DNA of 61,607 nt, counting the filler, from Fonticula-like sp. SCN 57-25 (lineage: Eukaryota): the NCBI GenBank assembly GCA_001724245.1. It is 7 parts of 7 records of this genome, joined end to end, with 100 filler letters (N's around TTAATTAATTAA, not from the genome) between each part and the next. Parts side by side here need not be neighbours in the genome. Positions count along the whole stretch, not along the records: positions 20,739 to 27,939 come from MEDX01000385.1; positions 28,040 to 39,806 come from MEDX01000386.1; 5 more parts are not named here. One strand, written 5' to 3'. A program made the translations under genes and the position numbers. The notes under the pieces are model-generated. The model made no database searches, was not told where the DNA came from, and was given only the letters and a program-made list of their open reading frames with translations. Positions 26,060 through 39,007 of the stretch are shown here, piece by piece; the first letter of the stretch is position 1, and each line of letters begins with the position of its first letter.

Positions 26060-27714
26060 CTATAGAGAGCCCGCTAGCCCTCGCCACCCGTCGCTCAGAG
26101 ACGCCTGTCGCCTCGGGTCAAACGCATCCGAGTACGCCGGCATCTTTGAATCCCCCACCACATGGGCCGCCATCAGCTCTCCTGCACCCTAATCACGCAA
26201 CGTTAGCCATCCTGCGCCGTTACTCCGCCCGCATTAAACAGCGCGCGCACGTATGAGCTCATGACGCCAATTCCTCTAAACGCGCCGCACACAAACGCGC
26301 CCAAGGGCGCGTCCCTGACGGGCCCGACGAGCGGCACGCCTCCATCCATGGCGGTGCAATAGTACCCTCCATCCACGTGGACGCTTGGCCGCGGCCCGCC
26401 AACCGGAAAGAGGGCGCCAAACGCGGGCAACAGCTGCGGAAGCGCGCGCATGAGGAGCTCCGTGTAGAGCGGGTTGGCGAGCTTTGCGACGTCGAGGTCG
26501 GGCGCGTCGCCGCCACTCGGGTAGCCGTGATGCACCCACTCCCAGAGGGCAAGGTACGCGGAGCGACCCAGGGGTCGACCATGCAACCCTCCGGGGAGCG
26601 GGCCAAGCAGTGCCGAAAGCAGTGCGTTGTCGCCCTGCGCGTCCTGCTCGGCATCGGCAGAGGCAAGCGCGCTCACCTCTTCCTCCAGTGCTGCTCTCTC
26701 CGACTCGTCCCACGACAAAAGAGTCTCATCGCTCGAGATCACCATCGGCGTCGCGAGCAGCTCGGCGGCGGCGGCGGGTGCGGAAGCGAGCGGGTCCCCC
26801 AGGCGAAAGCTCACCTTGGGGTGAAGCTCATTGCGGACAGCCGGCGGTCGCACGCCGGGGAGCAAACGCCGGTGCGTGTCGGCGAGGTACGGCCCTGCCG
26901 CGTTGATCACCACCGGCGTTTCGATGCGATGGCGTTGCAATGCTGTCCGCGACGACGACGGCGGCGGTGGGGGGAGCGCGCCGCTCTGCTCATCCCAGTC
27001 TCGGGGGACGGCGGCAATGTCCACGCCAGTGATGCGGTCGCCCGAGACGACGCTGCTCACGGCGTCATAGCTGGTCAGCACACGCGCACCGCGCGATCTC
27101 GCCTCGTCAAGAAAGTAATGTCCAAGGCGGTGCGCGTCCACCCAGCCGGCGCGGCGGGCATGGAGAGCGGCCGTCGGGGTGGAGCCCGGCGGCGGAGGCG
27201 ACGAGGAGGAGGAGAATAGGAACGGAAACGCGCGACGCACGGCATCGGGCGTCTCGTAAACGTCAAATCCCGCTGGGATCAGTCGCGAAAAGGAGGAGCT
27301 GTCAGAGGGCGGCGCCGCAGCGGAATTAAACCGACGAAGCGGACCGGCGGCGCCGCAGTCGAGCGCGCGCTGCGCGGCAGAAACGTACGAGGACGCGCTC
27401 GTGCTTGAACGACCCACATAGAGGTACCCGCGGGCATCGAGGCCAAGACGATCCGGCGCAGACTCTGCCGCGTGCTCGATGCCTTCAATGGAGCGAGACA
27501 CGAGACCGACAAGCGGCGGCGTGTCGAAAAAGTCACGGAAGCACTCGGTCGAGCGAGCGCTGGTCAGCAGCATGGGCGACCGCGCGCGCTCGATCACGAC
27601 GACATCGCGGAGGCCTCGAAGCGTCAAATGATACGCGCAAGCGGCGCCCAGTACGCCGCCGCCAACAATGACGGCGGACGCGCGAGCGGGGAGCGACGCC
27701 GGCGGGATCGACAT
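26060..27714 (-). CDS. FAD-dependent oxidoreductase (DAO / sarcosine oxidase beta-like)
   Basis: VIVGGGVLG..VVIER, INAAGPY, GGYY..PLVGP, GIGVMSSYGAGELMA; one intron near the 3' end; alternative start at 27780. Confidence 0.85.
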
Positions 27715-28039
27715 TGCCAGCCGACGCCCTGGCAGCGTTGCGGTCTGTGTTAAATCCACCATAACTTCCAATCTACTCATACGAAGCAACGACGATTGGT
27801 GGTGAGTTTGACGGGGCTCAAGGTATGCAAAATATATTGCTGTACGTTTTACATGCTCAAAAGCCGTGTTCGAGCCCTTGCTGATGAATGAGATAAAAGA
27901 ATACAAAATGAAATCAAACATTACACGAGCTCTGAGACGNNNNNNNNNNNNNNNNNNNNNNNNNNNNNNNNNNNNNNNNNNNNTTAATTAATTAANNNNN
28001 NNNNNNNNNNNNNNNNNNNNNNNNNNNNNNNNNNNNNNN

Positions 28040-28349
28040 TTGGAGAGCGAGCGCCTAATAGATACGGCCACTGCCAAGGCGTACGCCGACTCTATCAAGG
28101 CGCAGTACTTTGAGACGTCCGCCAAGGTACCTCATCATTCAAGTTATTGTTTGCTTTTAATATTGTGTCATGTTTTTGATATTTTTTTGGCCTGTCTTGC
28201 CGAGTTTGCTGACACTGGGCGTCTAGAACAACACGGGTGTCGGCGAGGCGTTCCACGCGGTAATTGTCGAGATGCGCAAGAATGCCACGGGGGGGTCGGC
28301 CAAGGGAGGCGAGTCTGCCAAGAAGAAGGGCGGATGCACATTGTTATAA
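28040..28349 (+). CDS. Ras-family small GTPase, 3' end only
   Basis: YFETSAK (G5), intron, then NNTGVGEAF..KKKGGCTLL stop (polybasic region + CAAX). Confidence 0.85.
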
Positions 28350-28867
28350 TTTTGTGTATTCTCCTTTCAATGTTGCAGTAGTGAAAAAGACGCCAATCGC
28401 GGTGATTTTGGAACCATTTTATTTTACTTGCTGATGCATGCATTCTTATTGTATTGCTGGCGTTTCTCTTTTCTCTTCCCCTTCTTCCCTTTTCTAGCGA
28501 ATCTTGTTGAACGCTCCCTTTTATTGTGGCTTTTGATTAGGCATAATTGTCTTGACGCAGCTCGTTCGCAGGTGTACTTTTTTCTCCCTTTTCTGTCTTC
28601 CCCGTTCTTCCTGTGAACGTGAATCCCGCTCCCCTCTTTTGTTCCCCTCTTTATCTTTGTTTCCATAACAGTTTTCGGGCATTCTTTTGAATAATTATAA
28701 CAAAACTCATCACCGCCAACCTTCCAACTTGTTGGTATGTCCACACGACCTTGCAGAGATGATGAGATTTGATTGGCCAAGGGCACGTTTTTGATCGATT
28801 TGATTGGCTCTTGGCAATTTGCAAATTTGACAGTGTGAGCAACGCGTGTGCATCTTTGTGCATCACC

Positions 28868-29651
28868 ATGGCTTCAGCTGCGGTCGTGGATGCGGTACGC
28901 TTCGCGCAATCATCGCGAACACAGCAGCGCATTTTTAACTAACCGCATTGATATTTCCTTTCTGTTCTCTTTGGATCATTGTTTTCTTTGTGATTAGGTC
29001 CAGGAAGACGTCAAGCCGACGATCCCACAGGCGGACGAGTTGCCCGCTCTCCCCCTTCAGTGCGGCTGGACTCTCTGGTACGATGATGGCAAGAAGCGCG
29101 ACGACTGGTTCTCCGGACTGCTTCCAATTGTGACCGTCCGCTCCGCCCAGGAGTTTTGGCAGTGCGTCTTTTCGCATTTTGCTTTCTTTTCCGCTCACCA
29201 TCTGGCGGGAATCGCAGGTTGCTGAACAATGTTGTGTGGCCGAGCAACATGAAGACGTCGCAGACCTTTTACTTTTTCCGTGATGGCGTTCCGCCCAAGT
29301 GGGAGGACGACGTCAACCGCAGCGGCGGCAAATTTTTGTGGGAGGTGTCGATCAAGTCGGCCGACGCCATCAACGGGATGTGGATCGGCATGGTGCGTCG
29401 TTTGCTCACACTGGCTCCTTATTCTCGTTGTGCAACTTGCTTACCGTGGCGGTGCGCAGATGCTGTCGTTGGTCGGCGAGACCGCCGCTGACGATCTCGA
29501 GATCCACGGCCTGGTCTGGCAGAACAAGGGCTCCAAGTTGAAGATGCAGGTGTGGAACAAGTCGGCGTCGAGCTCGACCAGAATTCGCTCAAAGTTGGAG
29601 CAGATCATTGGGGAGGGCTCGAGGCCGTACGCGCCTTTTGCCAAGAAGTAA
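28868..29651 (+). CDS. eIF4E-family cap-binding protein, divergent
   Basis: PLQCGWTLWYD, DDW, QEFW, FRDGVPPKWED, GGKF, W..L.LVGE, QVWNK; three introns. Confidence 0.88.
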
Positions 29652-30170
29652 AAAGAAAAAAGAGCGGCGATTTGTACACATTGACTGATAATACAGCACG
29701 AAAAAAAGACGTTCTTTGTTTCCGGCAGCATTGCAGCTGTTATTTAGCAGCATTGTTCAATAAGAGACTTACTGGTTATAATAGAACGACAATGTCGGCG
29801 AGCGCGTCTCTAATCATTGTGAGCAGGTTGATTTCCATGGTCTGTTGATGTATTTCCAGGGCTCTTTTAGGCACGAAAGCTGCGTTTTCTTGGCCAAGCA
29901 GCACCTACCTAGCCCATTCAACTCAACAATATTCAACGCACGTATAGTGAAACTTGGACATCCCATAGCATATATGTCGCCTTTCGAACTTTATGCCGCC
30001 GTGGCAAAGCTCCGGTTTTGATCCAATCCTCCGATTCCACCCCCGATTTCACCCCAGAATCGGCTGGAATGTTCGAGCGCTTTCTGATTGGCTGAATCGT
30101 GATTGGACGACCTCAAGAAGGTCAGCCGACCGTCTTTTGCGTTATCAGTAGTCTTCTGACCACCTGCGAC

Positions 30171-31855
30171 ATGCGCCCGACGGTCGTGTGCGCCCTGCTG
30201 GTGGCGGTGCTCGCGGGCACTGCCCAGGCGTTCGGAAACAACTGCCCCCGCTCTGACAACCATGTGATGCGCGGCACCCCCGTGTGGCCGACCCCCATGA
30301 AGGAGAACCTCAAGGTTGGCTTCTTTGGTGATGGCGGTATCAAGGACAGCAGCGAGGCTGTCGTCCGTGATCTCGTTGCCCGCGGCGCCGACTTTATTAT
30401 TCACGCCGGCGATTTCGACTATGAGTGTACGGCATTTTAAGGTATTTTTTTGCGCTTGCTGAACTACGATAATTTCAGACAACGCCGCTCTCTGGATTGA
30501 GTTCATCGACCGCGTTGTTGGCCCCGACTTCCCGTACTTTGCCGCCATCGGCAACCACGATCTTCTCCGCTGGGCCGGTACGCCCTTTTTGATTGATTCA
30601 GCCATCGGTTCTTACGCCCATTTTCTCTAGATTACTCTGAGTATCTCCTCCAGCGCATGGAGCGCCTCAACGCCACCCAGTACTGCACTGGCGAGGTCGG
30701 CGTGATGGCCGCCTGCAACTGGGAGGGTCTCTTCTTTGTCCTTTCGGGCGTCGGAGTGCGCGGCACTGGCCACCCCGAGTACCTCGATGAGCAGCTCGGC
30801 CTCTCCAACGATATCTGGAAGGTCTGCTCGTGGCACAAGAACCAGCGCGGCTACCAGACCGGCGGCAAGTACAACGCTGTCGGCTGGGACGTCTATGAGA
30901 CGTGCCGCGAGCACGGTGCCATCATCAACACTGGTGCGTCTTATTTTTGTCTGCTCTGACATTGCGCTGATACTGACACTTGCGGCAGCCCACGAGCACT
31001 CGTATGCGCGCACTCACCTGATGTCGCACATGGAGGACTTTGTTATTGCCAACACCTCCAACACGCTCCAGCTCGAGCCCGGAAAGTCGTTTGTGTGGTG
31101 CTCGGGCCTCGGCGGCCAGAGCGTCCGCGGCTGGGAGCGCGGCCTTGAGCAGAACGAGTGGTGGGCGGCCACCGCTGCCAGCGACAACGGCGCCACCGAC
31201 GGCGGCCTCATGTGCACCTTCAACTACAACGGCGACGCCCGCAAGGCGTACTGCGAGATGATCGACCTCAACGGCGTTGTCTGGGACACCTTCTACATCG
31301 TCTCGACCATCGGCGGCGAGAACCAGACGATGCCCGAGAAGCGCTCCAAGTGCATGTCGCGCACCATGGACATGCAGATCTCGCACCGCCACCACGACAA
31401 GGTCATCACGGTCGAGTCCAACACTGACGAGATCGCGCTCATGCTCGTTGCCGGTACGCTCTTTCTTTGTGACTTTTCCGGCGGGCGCTGACGGCGAGTG
31501 TCTAGATACCGACCACGAGGTGAAGCTCCACTTTGGCGCCCCCGGCCTGAACCCCGCCTCGATCACCGAGGCCCGCCTCGAGGTGTACGGCCTCGTCGCG
31601 CAGCACGACGTCGCCCTCACCATCACCGTCACCGGCGTCGATGAGGAGATTGTCTGGACCGAGGACGACGAGGACTGGGAGACCGGCACCGTCTGGGTCT
31701 CGCCCGACATCAGCGCCCTCATCCGCAAGGGCCTCGAGGTCCGCAAGGACATTGAGATCACCGTCACCGCCGACGACGGCAGCCGCACCTTTGCCGCCTA
31801 CGAGACCGACCCGTGCCTCGCCCCGTCTCTCCTTGTCACCTACAAGGAGTGCTAG
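30171..31855 (+). CDS. Secreted calcineurin-like metallophosphoesterase with C-terminal beta-rich domain
   Basis: Signal peptide; FGDG, HAGDFDY, IGNHD, CSWH, AHEHSYAR. Confidence 0.85.
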
Positions 31856-32177
31856 ACAGCGCAAGGCACTCCAAAGGGTTCCTCAGCTTGCTTTCTGTGT
31901 CATTCTGGTTATCGTTCCGTGCGTAGGTAGTTGGCGCGGTAATACAGTTTAGAGCAAAATTTGAATGAAATAGTACCAACGATCCATAAACTATAAAAAG
32001 GCCAAACTAGAGAGAAGAAGGTTTTATTGCTTTTATTGGCAGTGGTCCAGTGTTTCGAATGTTATACTATGCCGCATCGTCCGCATCATCCCGTGCAGAT
32101 CCCGAGCAAATCCCTCGCCAAGCAACACCCCGGATTCAACCCCAGACATTACAGGACTCTCACAGTCTCACGCAAGG

Positions 32178-33483
32178 ATGCTCGCTGCAGCCCGTCAGAT
32201 GGCGGCGGTCGCCCGCTCGCCCATGCTCTCTGCCGCTCTCCGCACTCAGTCCACTGGTACGTGCTGTTGTTTTTGCTACCTTTCCCGTTCTTTTTATTGA
32301 TGCATTGTTACAGAGGCGGCGCCCCAGTACAAGAACATTCTTGTCTCGTCGCGCGGCAAGGGTGTCGGTTTCATCCAGCTTAACCGCCCCAAGGCGCTCA
32401 ACGGTGCGCCCTAGCCCTTTCTGTCTTTTTCTTGTCTCATTACTTGAATGCAGCCCTCAACGGCGAGCTCATTCACGAGGTGAACGATGCGCTCTTCCGC
32501 TTTGACGCCGACAAGACCATCGGCGCCGTCGTGATCACCGGCAGCGAGAAGGCCTTTGCCGGTTCGTCCTCCTACCCCCCCCCCCCCGCNNNNNCCCCCC
32601 CCCGCCTTTTCTAACGCACACCTGCTTAGCTGGCGCTGACATCAAGGAGATGCAGCCTCTGACGTACGCCGGCAACCTCGAGACCAACTTTATCGGCCAC
32701 TGGTCCCGCATCACCGAGGTCCGCAAGCCCGTCATCGCCGCCGTCAACGGCTTTGCTGTACGACCGACTGCCCATTGATGCTGCTCTCTTCATGGCACTG
32801 ACTCTATTTTTTTCAGCTTGGCGGTGGCTGCGAGCTCGCCATGATGTGCGACATCATCTACGCCGGCAGCGAGGCCCGCTTTGGCCAGCCCGAGATCAAG
32901 CTCGGCACCATCCCCGGTACGCCCTCCCACGTTCCTCCCATAAATCGTCTCACACGTGCTTGAAAGGCGCCGGTGGAACCCAGCGTCTTACCCGCGCCGT
33001 CGGCAAGTCCAAGGCGATGGAGTGGTGCCTCGGCGGCGAGATGTTCACCGCCGAGGAGGCTGAGCGTGCCGGTACGCCTCACCTGCCGCGCGCGCCGCAC
33101 GCGCACTGACACCCGGCCTTTGTCCAGGTCTTGTGAGCAAGGTTTTCCCCAAGGAGAAGCTCGTCGACGAGGCCGTCGCGCTTGCCGAGCGCATCGCGTC
33201 GTTCTCCAAGCCGACTGTCCTCCTCGCCAAGGAGTCGGTCAACAACTGTGCGCGCAACACATTTTGTAGTTTGCACTTGCTAACCAACGACAATGTAGCG
33301 TACGAGATGACGCTGCGCGAGGGCTGCCACTTTGAGCGCCGCCTCTTCCACAGCACCTTTGCGACCGTACGCGACTCTTTCGCGCACTGCCAGCACTGAC
33401 ATTGGGCGGGTTTGTAGAACGACCAGAAGGAGGGCATGAAGGCGTTCATGGAGAAGCGCCCCGCCAAGTGGTCCGACAACTAA
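32178..33483 (+). CDS. ECHS1: Mitochondrial short-chain enoyl-CoA hydratase
   Basis: [67 protein letters not shown]; many short introns. Confidence 0.95.
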
Positions 33484-33646
33484 ACAGGGTGGACATTCAT
33501 CTTCATTTAAACCTCAATAAAGTACTCATAAAACATATTTGTATCTCTTGAACCATTGAATTTCACGACAAAATCGGAACTGCCCTCACAAAATCGAGTC
33601 ACACTTCGCTGCCCCTCAAGACGATTCAGAGGTTTGGTGGGGCGCG

Positions 33647-34731
33647 ATGGCGGACGTGGATGAGTTTCCGCGGCAGCTTTTACGGCTCGCCGCCATGCAA
33701 ATGTGCGAGCGCTGCGGTTTCAAGGGTGTAAGGAGAGCGGCGTGGGATACGCTGACAGATGTGCTGAGTGCGAGAATCGAGCTGATCGTGATGAGAATGA
33801 AGGCTGCCACCGAGGTGCGTGGGACCTTTCTGGCAAACGATCGCGATCCTAACCCGTCGCGCTGCCTTTCTTTTCATTTCTTTTCGCAGCTGAGTCGTCG
33901 CACAAAGCCGACGGCGAGCGACCTTACTCTTTCATTAATAGAACTTGGGTTTACCTCTCAGGATCTCGAGATGCTCGTTGCCTCCATGGAGTACGAGGAG
34001 ATGATGCCGTTTGCCCGGTACGCCCCGCCGCATCCCCTTCCTGCTCTACTCACACACGCATGCGCAGGTCGATCCCCCCTACGCTGCGGATAGCGAAAGA
34101 CACGCCGCCCTTTGAGGGGACGCCGGACACGTCCATGGGCGGCCTTCTCCTCCCGCCGCGCGTCGCCTCGGTCGACCTCTTGCGGCGAAACCTTGCCGCT
34201 GCCGCCGCTGCTGCAGCCGCCGCTGCCTCATCGGGCGAGTCGGCCGACGCGGACGGCGCGACGACATTACCTGCGCCCGCAGTCCCCATCTCGACGACGC
34301 CGGCCAAGGATTTTTTTCGGGATGCGCTGAGCCCGAACGCGGCATCGCCGGCCGCGGGCAGCTCAGCGCAGACGAGCGGCGAGAGCAGCGAGGGCAGGAG
34401 GAATAGCGGCGACGCCAGCGGCAGCGCGAGCAGCTTGCGCCTGACGCTTGTCCTGCGGCCGGCGGGCGAGGACGCCGAGGCGGTCCAGTCGCCGCGCCCC
34501 GTGGTGTCCGAAGAGCAGCCGACGCCTAGCGGCCAGCCGGAAGACGTGTCGCCTCTGGAGGCGGCCCTGGCAGCGGCCGCGCAGATTTCGACGCGCGCAG
34601 ACCTCAAGCTCGGGTCGGCCACACGGCCGATGCCCGCCGGGCCGCTCGCGAGGCCGCAGAAGAGGCAGCGCACGGAGACGCTGCTGCCTTTCAAGCTGAC
34701 GGTGGGCGGAGGGGCGTCGCCGTCAGTATAG
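33647..34731 (+). CDS. Bromodomain-associated (BTP) histone-fold protein, TAF3/TAF8-like
   Basis: LLRLAAMQMC..GF..A..TLTDVL..ELSRRTKPT.SDL..L..LG followed by an Ala/Pro/Ser-rich tail. Confidence 0.75.
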
Positions 34732-34993
34732 CAGCCGAGCGTCTTTCTGACAAATTACTTTGTTTTTGTATAATATATTGATTATAAAGTATGCGAGACG
34801 GTTTTTATTGGTGGGGTAAAGGATCTGGACAGGAAAATGCACGCGGTCCTGACGGCGATGTGGCTCCGACGTGTAACACTTTTAGTGGTCGCCCCATCCA
34901 GTTGGGGGAGATTGAAAAAACAATTGGGGGTGATTTTGCCATAGTTTGGGGAGGATTCCGATCGTGCAGAGCCGAGTGCTGCAGAGGACGACG

Positions 34994-35420
34994 ATGCAAC
35001 GGAGCGCGCGTGTGGGGTTGGCCGTGCTGGTGGTGCTGCTGCTGGTGAGCCCGTCGCACGGGTTCGGCTTTTTTAAGAACCTCTTTGGCGGAGGTGGCGA
35101 GGAGGAGACACACCACGAGCACCACGAGAGCCACCACCACCACCATCACCGTCAGCAGCACTTTAACCATCGGCAGCAGAGGCAGCAAGCGCGCCATGTC
35201 ACTGAATTATCGCAAGCCGACCGTGCGCCACACACTCTTTTACCTATTTTTTCTAATGCTTGCAATAGAATGCAACGGGTACTATTGCCAAGACACCGAG
35301 GCCTGTGTCGCGTCTCCATTGCAGTGCCCCTGCCCTAATGATTCGCTTCGGAGGTGCTTTCACGGATCGTCGTCCGTATGTGTGCCGCGCGCCGTTCCGT
35401 GCTCAAAGGTATTACATTAA
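34994..35420 (+). CDS. LCL2: LCL2-like secreted/ER Cys-rich protein
   Basis: Signal peptide, FGFFKNLFGG, His/Gln-rich linker, C.GYYCQDT.ACV..P..CPCP..C..C..C; one intron. Confidence 0.7.
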
Positions 35421-35478
35421 CCACGTCTTTGTTACAATGAAAAGCATACAGTAATAATAATATACATGTTGATACACT

Positions 35479-36363
35479 CTATTGCCCCTTGCTTTCTCGA
35501 TCCCGTTCGGGGATCCATCTCGACACCGGCGAAGGGGACACCTCCACCTTGCTCAGCGACAGCAGCCCTAGCGGACCTAGTGCTTCAGCAGGCACCCGCA
35601 CGCTGACGATCAGCACGTCCTTGGCCACCTGCTGGGAGAGGCGGACGAGAGCCGCGAGCGGCTGCATCGTCGCCGACGACGGCATCGGCCTGTCCGAATC
35701 GTCGGTCGGCTGGATCAGCACCGCAAACCTATCCACAAAAGTTAGAAAATAAGTTGAAATAGGCCAACTAGCGCACTCTGAGTGAACGACGCGCGGGTGC
35801 TGGCGGTACAGAACTAGCATCGCGTCAGCTCGGGGATCGCATACTAGGTCAACGTACCGAACTCGCAGCCGAACTTGGCGCCAGGTTTCGGGATCCATCC
35901 TCGGGCACGGGTAAACACGTACGTCGCATACGACGCAATGAAGAGCGGGTTTGCGTCCACCGCGCGTCGGTAGTACTCGAGCCCGGTCACCTCGGCGGCA
36001 CCGCAGAGCTCATGGAGGACCGCGGCGCCCTGCAGCTCGTGGCACAGATAGACAACCTCTTCCGGGGCCAGAAACCACGGAAGGGTCGGCTGGGACGGCT
36101 CTTTTGAGCCAGATCTCTCTGTCACCACACGGCTGGCGATCGGCGCGCCATAGCATCCCTCGCGATCCAGTTTGCTCGCGACGGCGGGATCGTCAACCCT
36201 GCATGCCTGATCAGCAAACCAAGAATGCGCCGATGACCACGTACCACGCGGCGATCCCACTGCAGGTAATCCTGACGGGCTCGTCCCCAGCGGGCCACGG
36301 CAAGAGGCACGCGAACGGCGCCCCGCGCGCCTTCCGGCGCGGCTTCCTGAGCTGCTCGGTCAT
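35479..36363 (-). CDS. TSEN2: tRNA-splicing endonuclease catalytic subunit SEN2
   Basis: LAPEE..YL, Y..Y..RARGW..KPGAKFGCEFVLYR.HP..HS, RLSQQVAK, RWIPERDR. Confidence 0.85.
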
Positions 36364-36675
36364 CAATCCAGTTTGCACGCTAGTTTGCATGTCAGCAGAA
36401 ATTTGTGGAGGTGGCAGGGAAGTGGGGCCAGTGTGGGGCAGGCAAAAGTTCAAGGCGGCCCATACGAATGGCGGAGTATATGAATGGCCAAAGGTAACCA
36501 TGTGCATGGTAAATAGCTGACAATACTCATGGTCGTAGGCGACAATATGCCTGGCTAAAGGTTTTCGGTCTCGTCATACTAGAGGTGACATATATTCTGA
36601 CAATAGAAATACAGCGGAATAGCATTACATATAGAAGAAAATAAACAATAGAGACTGGTTCGCCGTTCGAGCGCT

Positions 36676-37802
36676 CTAAATGCCCGAATCAAGCAGCGGA
36701 GCGCGCTCATTGCTGTGCGACTCGTTGACGACCTCGGCATTGCCGGCAGGCGCGCGCGCGGCCGCATGCGCCGCCGACACCCTCAGCGAGTAGAACACGA
36801 GCGACAGCGGGATCGCCTCAAGGAAGAGATAGTAAAAGGGGTCGAACCACCACGTGTGCGACGTGTCGTCCGAGATGGAGTTGTTGAGCACGAGCGCAAA
36901 GCGGATCTGGAACACGACGGCAAAGAGGCCCGAGATGAAGAGCAGCTTGAAGAGAAAGTCGCGCTTGGCGAGGCCGGTGAACGTCGACGACTGCGAAATC
37001 ATCGCGAACACTTGGTAGAAGCGGAAGCCGTAAAAGGCAAACGCGAGGCTCAGCTGCGGGCGGTGGGCGTCAGCAAGGGAAAAATAAAAAGCCGAAAGCG
37101 TACGACAAAGTAGAGGCAGCCGACGATGAGCTGCGCCGCCTGCTGCAGCTTGGTGTTGAACGTCGGAACCTTCGGGTCCGTCTCGCTCTGCTCCTGCGCG
37201 CAGCTGACAAAGTCGGCGGTGTACAGCGAAAACAGAATCTATACCAAATGAGTAGGCGAAAACAACAGTGAAATAGTCGTACCGTGTAAAAGACAATGTT
37301 CATGCCGACAAAGATGGCACCGAGGCGCGCCAATGGCCGCTTTTCGGGCGAAAACTGCGAGTTTGGTGCCTTTCCGTGGTACGCTTCGGCCCTACAAGGC
37401 GCAGCAGGGTCAGATCACGACGCCCCCACAATGCGGGGATGACGCACCAGAAAAAGAGGAGGACGCTGTATCCCGTCATGAACAGGTACGACGGGAACAC
37501 GTTAAGGAAGCTGTTGACACAGTTGGGGAGGTAGAGGTTTTCCTCGCGGATGGACGGCTGAAGCAGCCAGAATGCCGCTCGTACTGCGCATTGCGGTTAC
37601 AATATAGTTTGGACAGTGACCGTTGCGTACCTAGGCACCCAAGAACAAGGAAAAAGTAAAAGGTCTTTTGCCACCTCTTCTGCGAGTTGGCCCAGATACG
37701 GAACAGACTGACGGCGGCAACGACGCCGAGTATCACGTAGGCGACGGCCATGACGTACCGCACAGCGGCGTACGCCACTGCATCCTCGTTGGGGTCCTCC
37801 AT
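36676..37802 (-). CDS. Multi-pass membrane protein, TOM1/THH1/GPR137-like
   Basis: About seven hydrophobic segments; QK.FYFFL, PSYLF.TGYSVLLFFWAE, YG.R, YY.FLE.IP; C-terminal E..PLL dileucine-like motif. Confidence 0.72.
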
Positions 37803-38551
37803 GATTGTTTGTGATGATGAATTGTGGGCAGTGCTGTGCACAGGTCATGTCGTGAATCGCATGATGGCATCGCTCAATCGATTGATGATGCTTGGTGTAT
37901 ATGATGTAGGCTGCTGCATAATCGGCCTGCCGTAAAGTAAAACGGTCAGCGCCCAGATCTTTCGTTTTCGTTTTGCACGGGATTTGTCAGAATCGATCCT
38001 TCCGGGTGCTTTCAAAGACTCGGACGTCATCCAATTATTTAGGTACAGCCACGTGGTTCAATATTTTCCATGTGGCCAGGTGGGGCACCCCCCTCAAATT
38101 TATCTAGTTTGAAATGAGATTCGGGGGGATTGTTGTGGATACCCCCGCTCGGTGTCTTCCTTTTTTCTTGCCGTGATTCTTCGAGCTCTTCCACACTCGC
38201 TAATCTCCAGCTAGCACGCCGCTCGGCTCGACACTTTTGTGGTCCACCTGGTACGTACACGGCTATCTGCCTTTGGTTTTGGCGTGCTTCTTTGTGGGGC
38301 ATATTATTGTTCATTGTTTTTTTGGGCCGAATTTGTGATGCGAGCCCGGTCAATCGTCGGGCCGCTGTGTTTGCAAATCACAGCCCTGTGTCTGCCTTCT
38401 TTTCTGTCCCTTGGCCCGGCCACCCTTTGCTAACGTATTTTTGTTGCTCGTTTTTTAGAGGCGTCTTTTTTGGGTTAGCAGCATTTCTCCCATTTTTTGG
38501 CGCGGATCTTCACCACATTCGCGTTTCGTTTCCCGCGTGATTATCGTTTAA

Positions 38552-39007
<456 letters not shown>

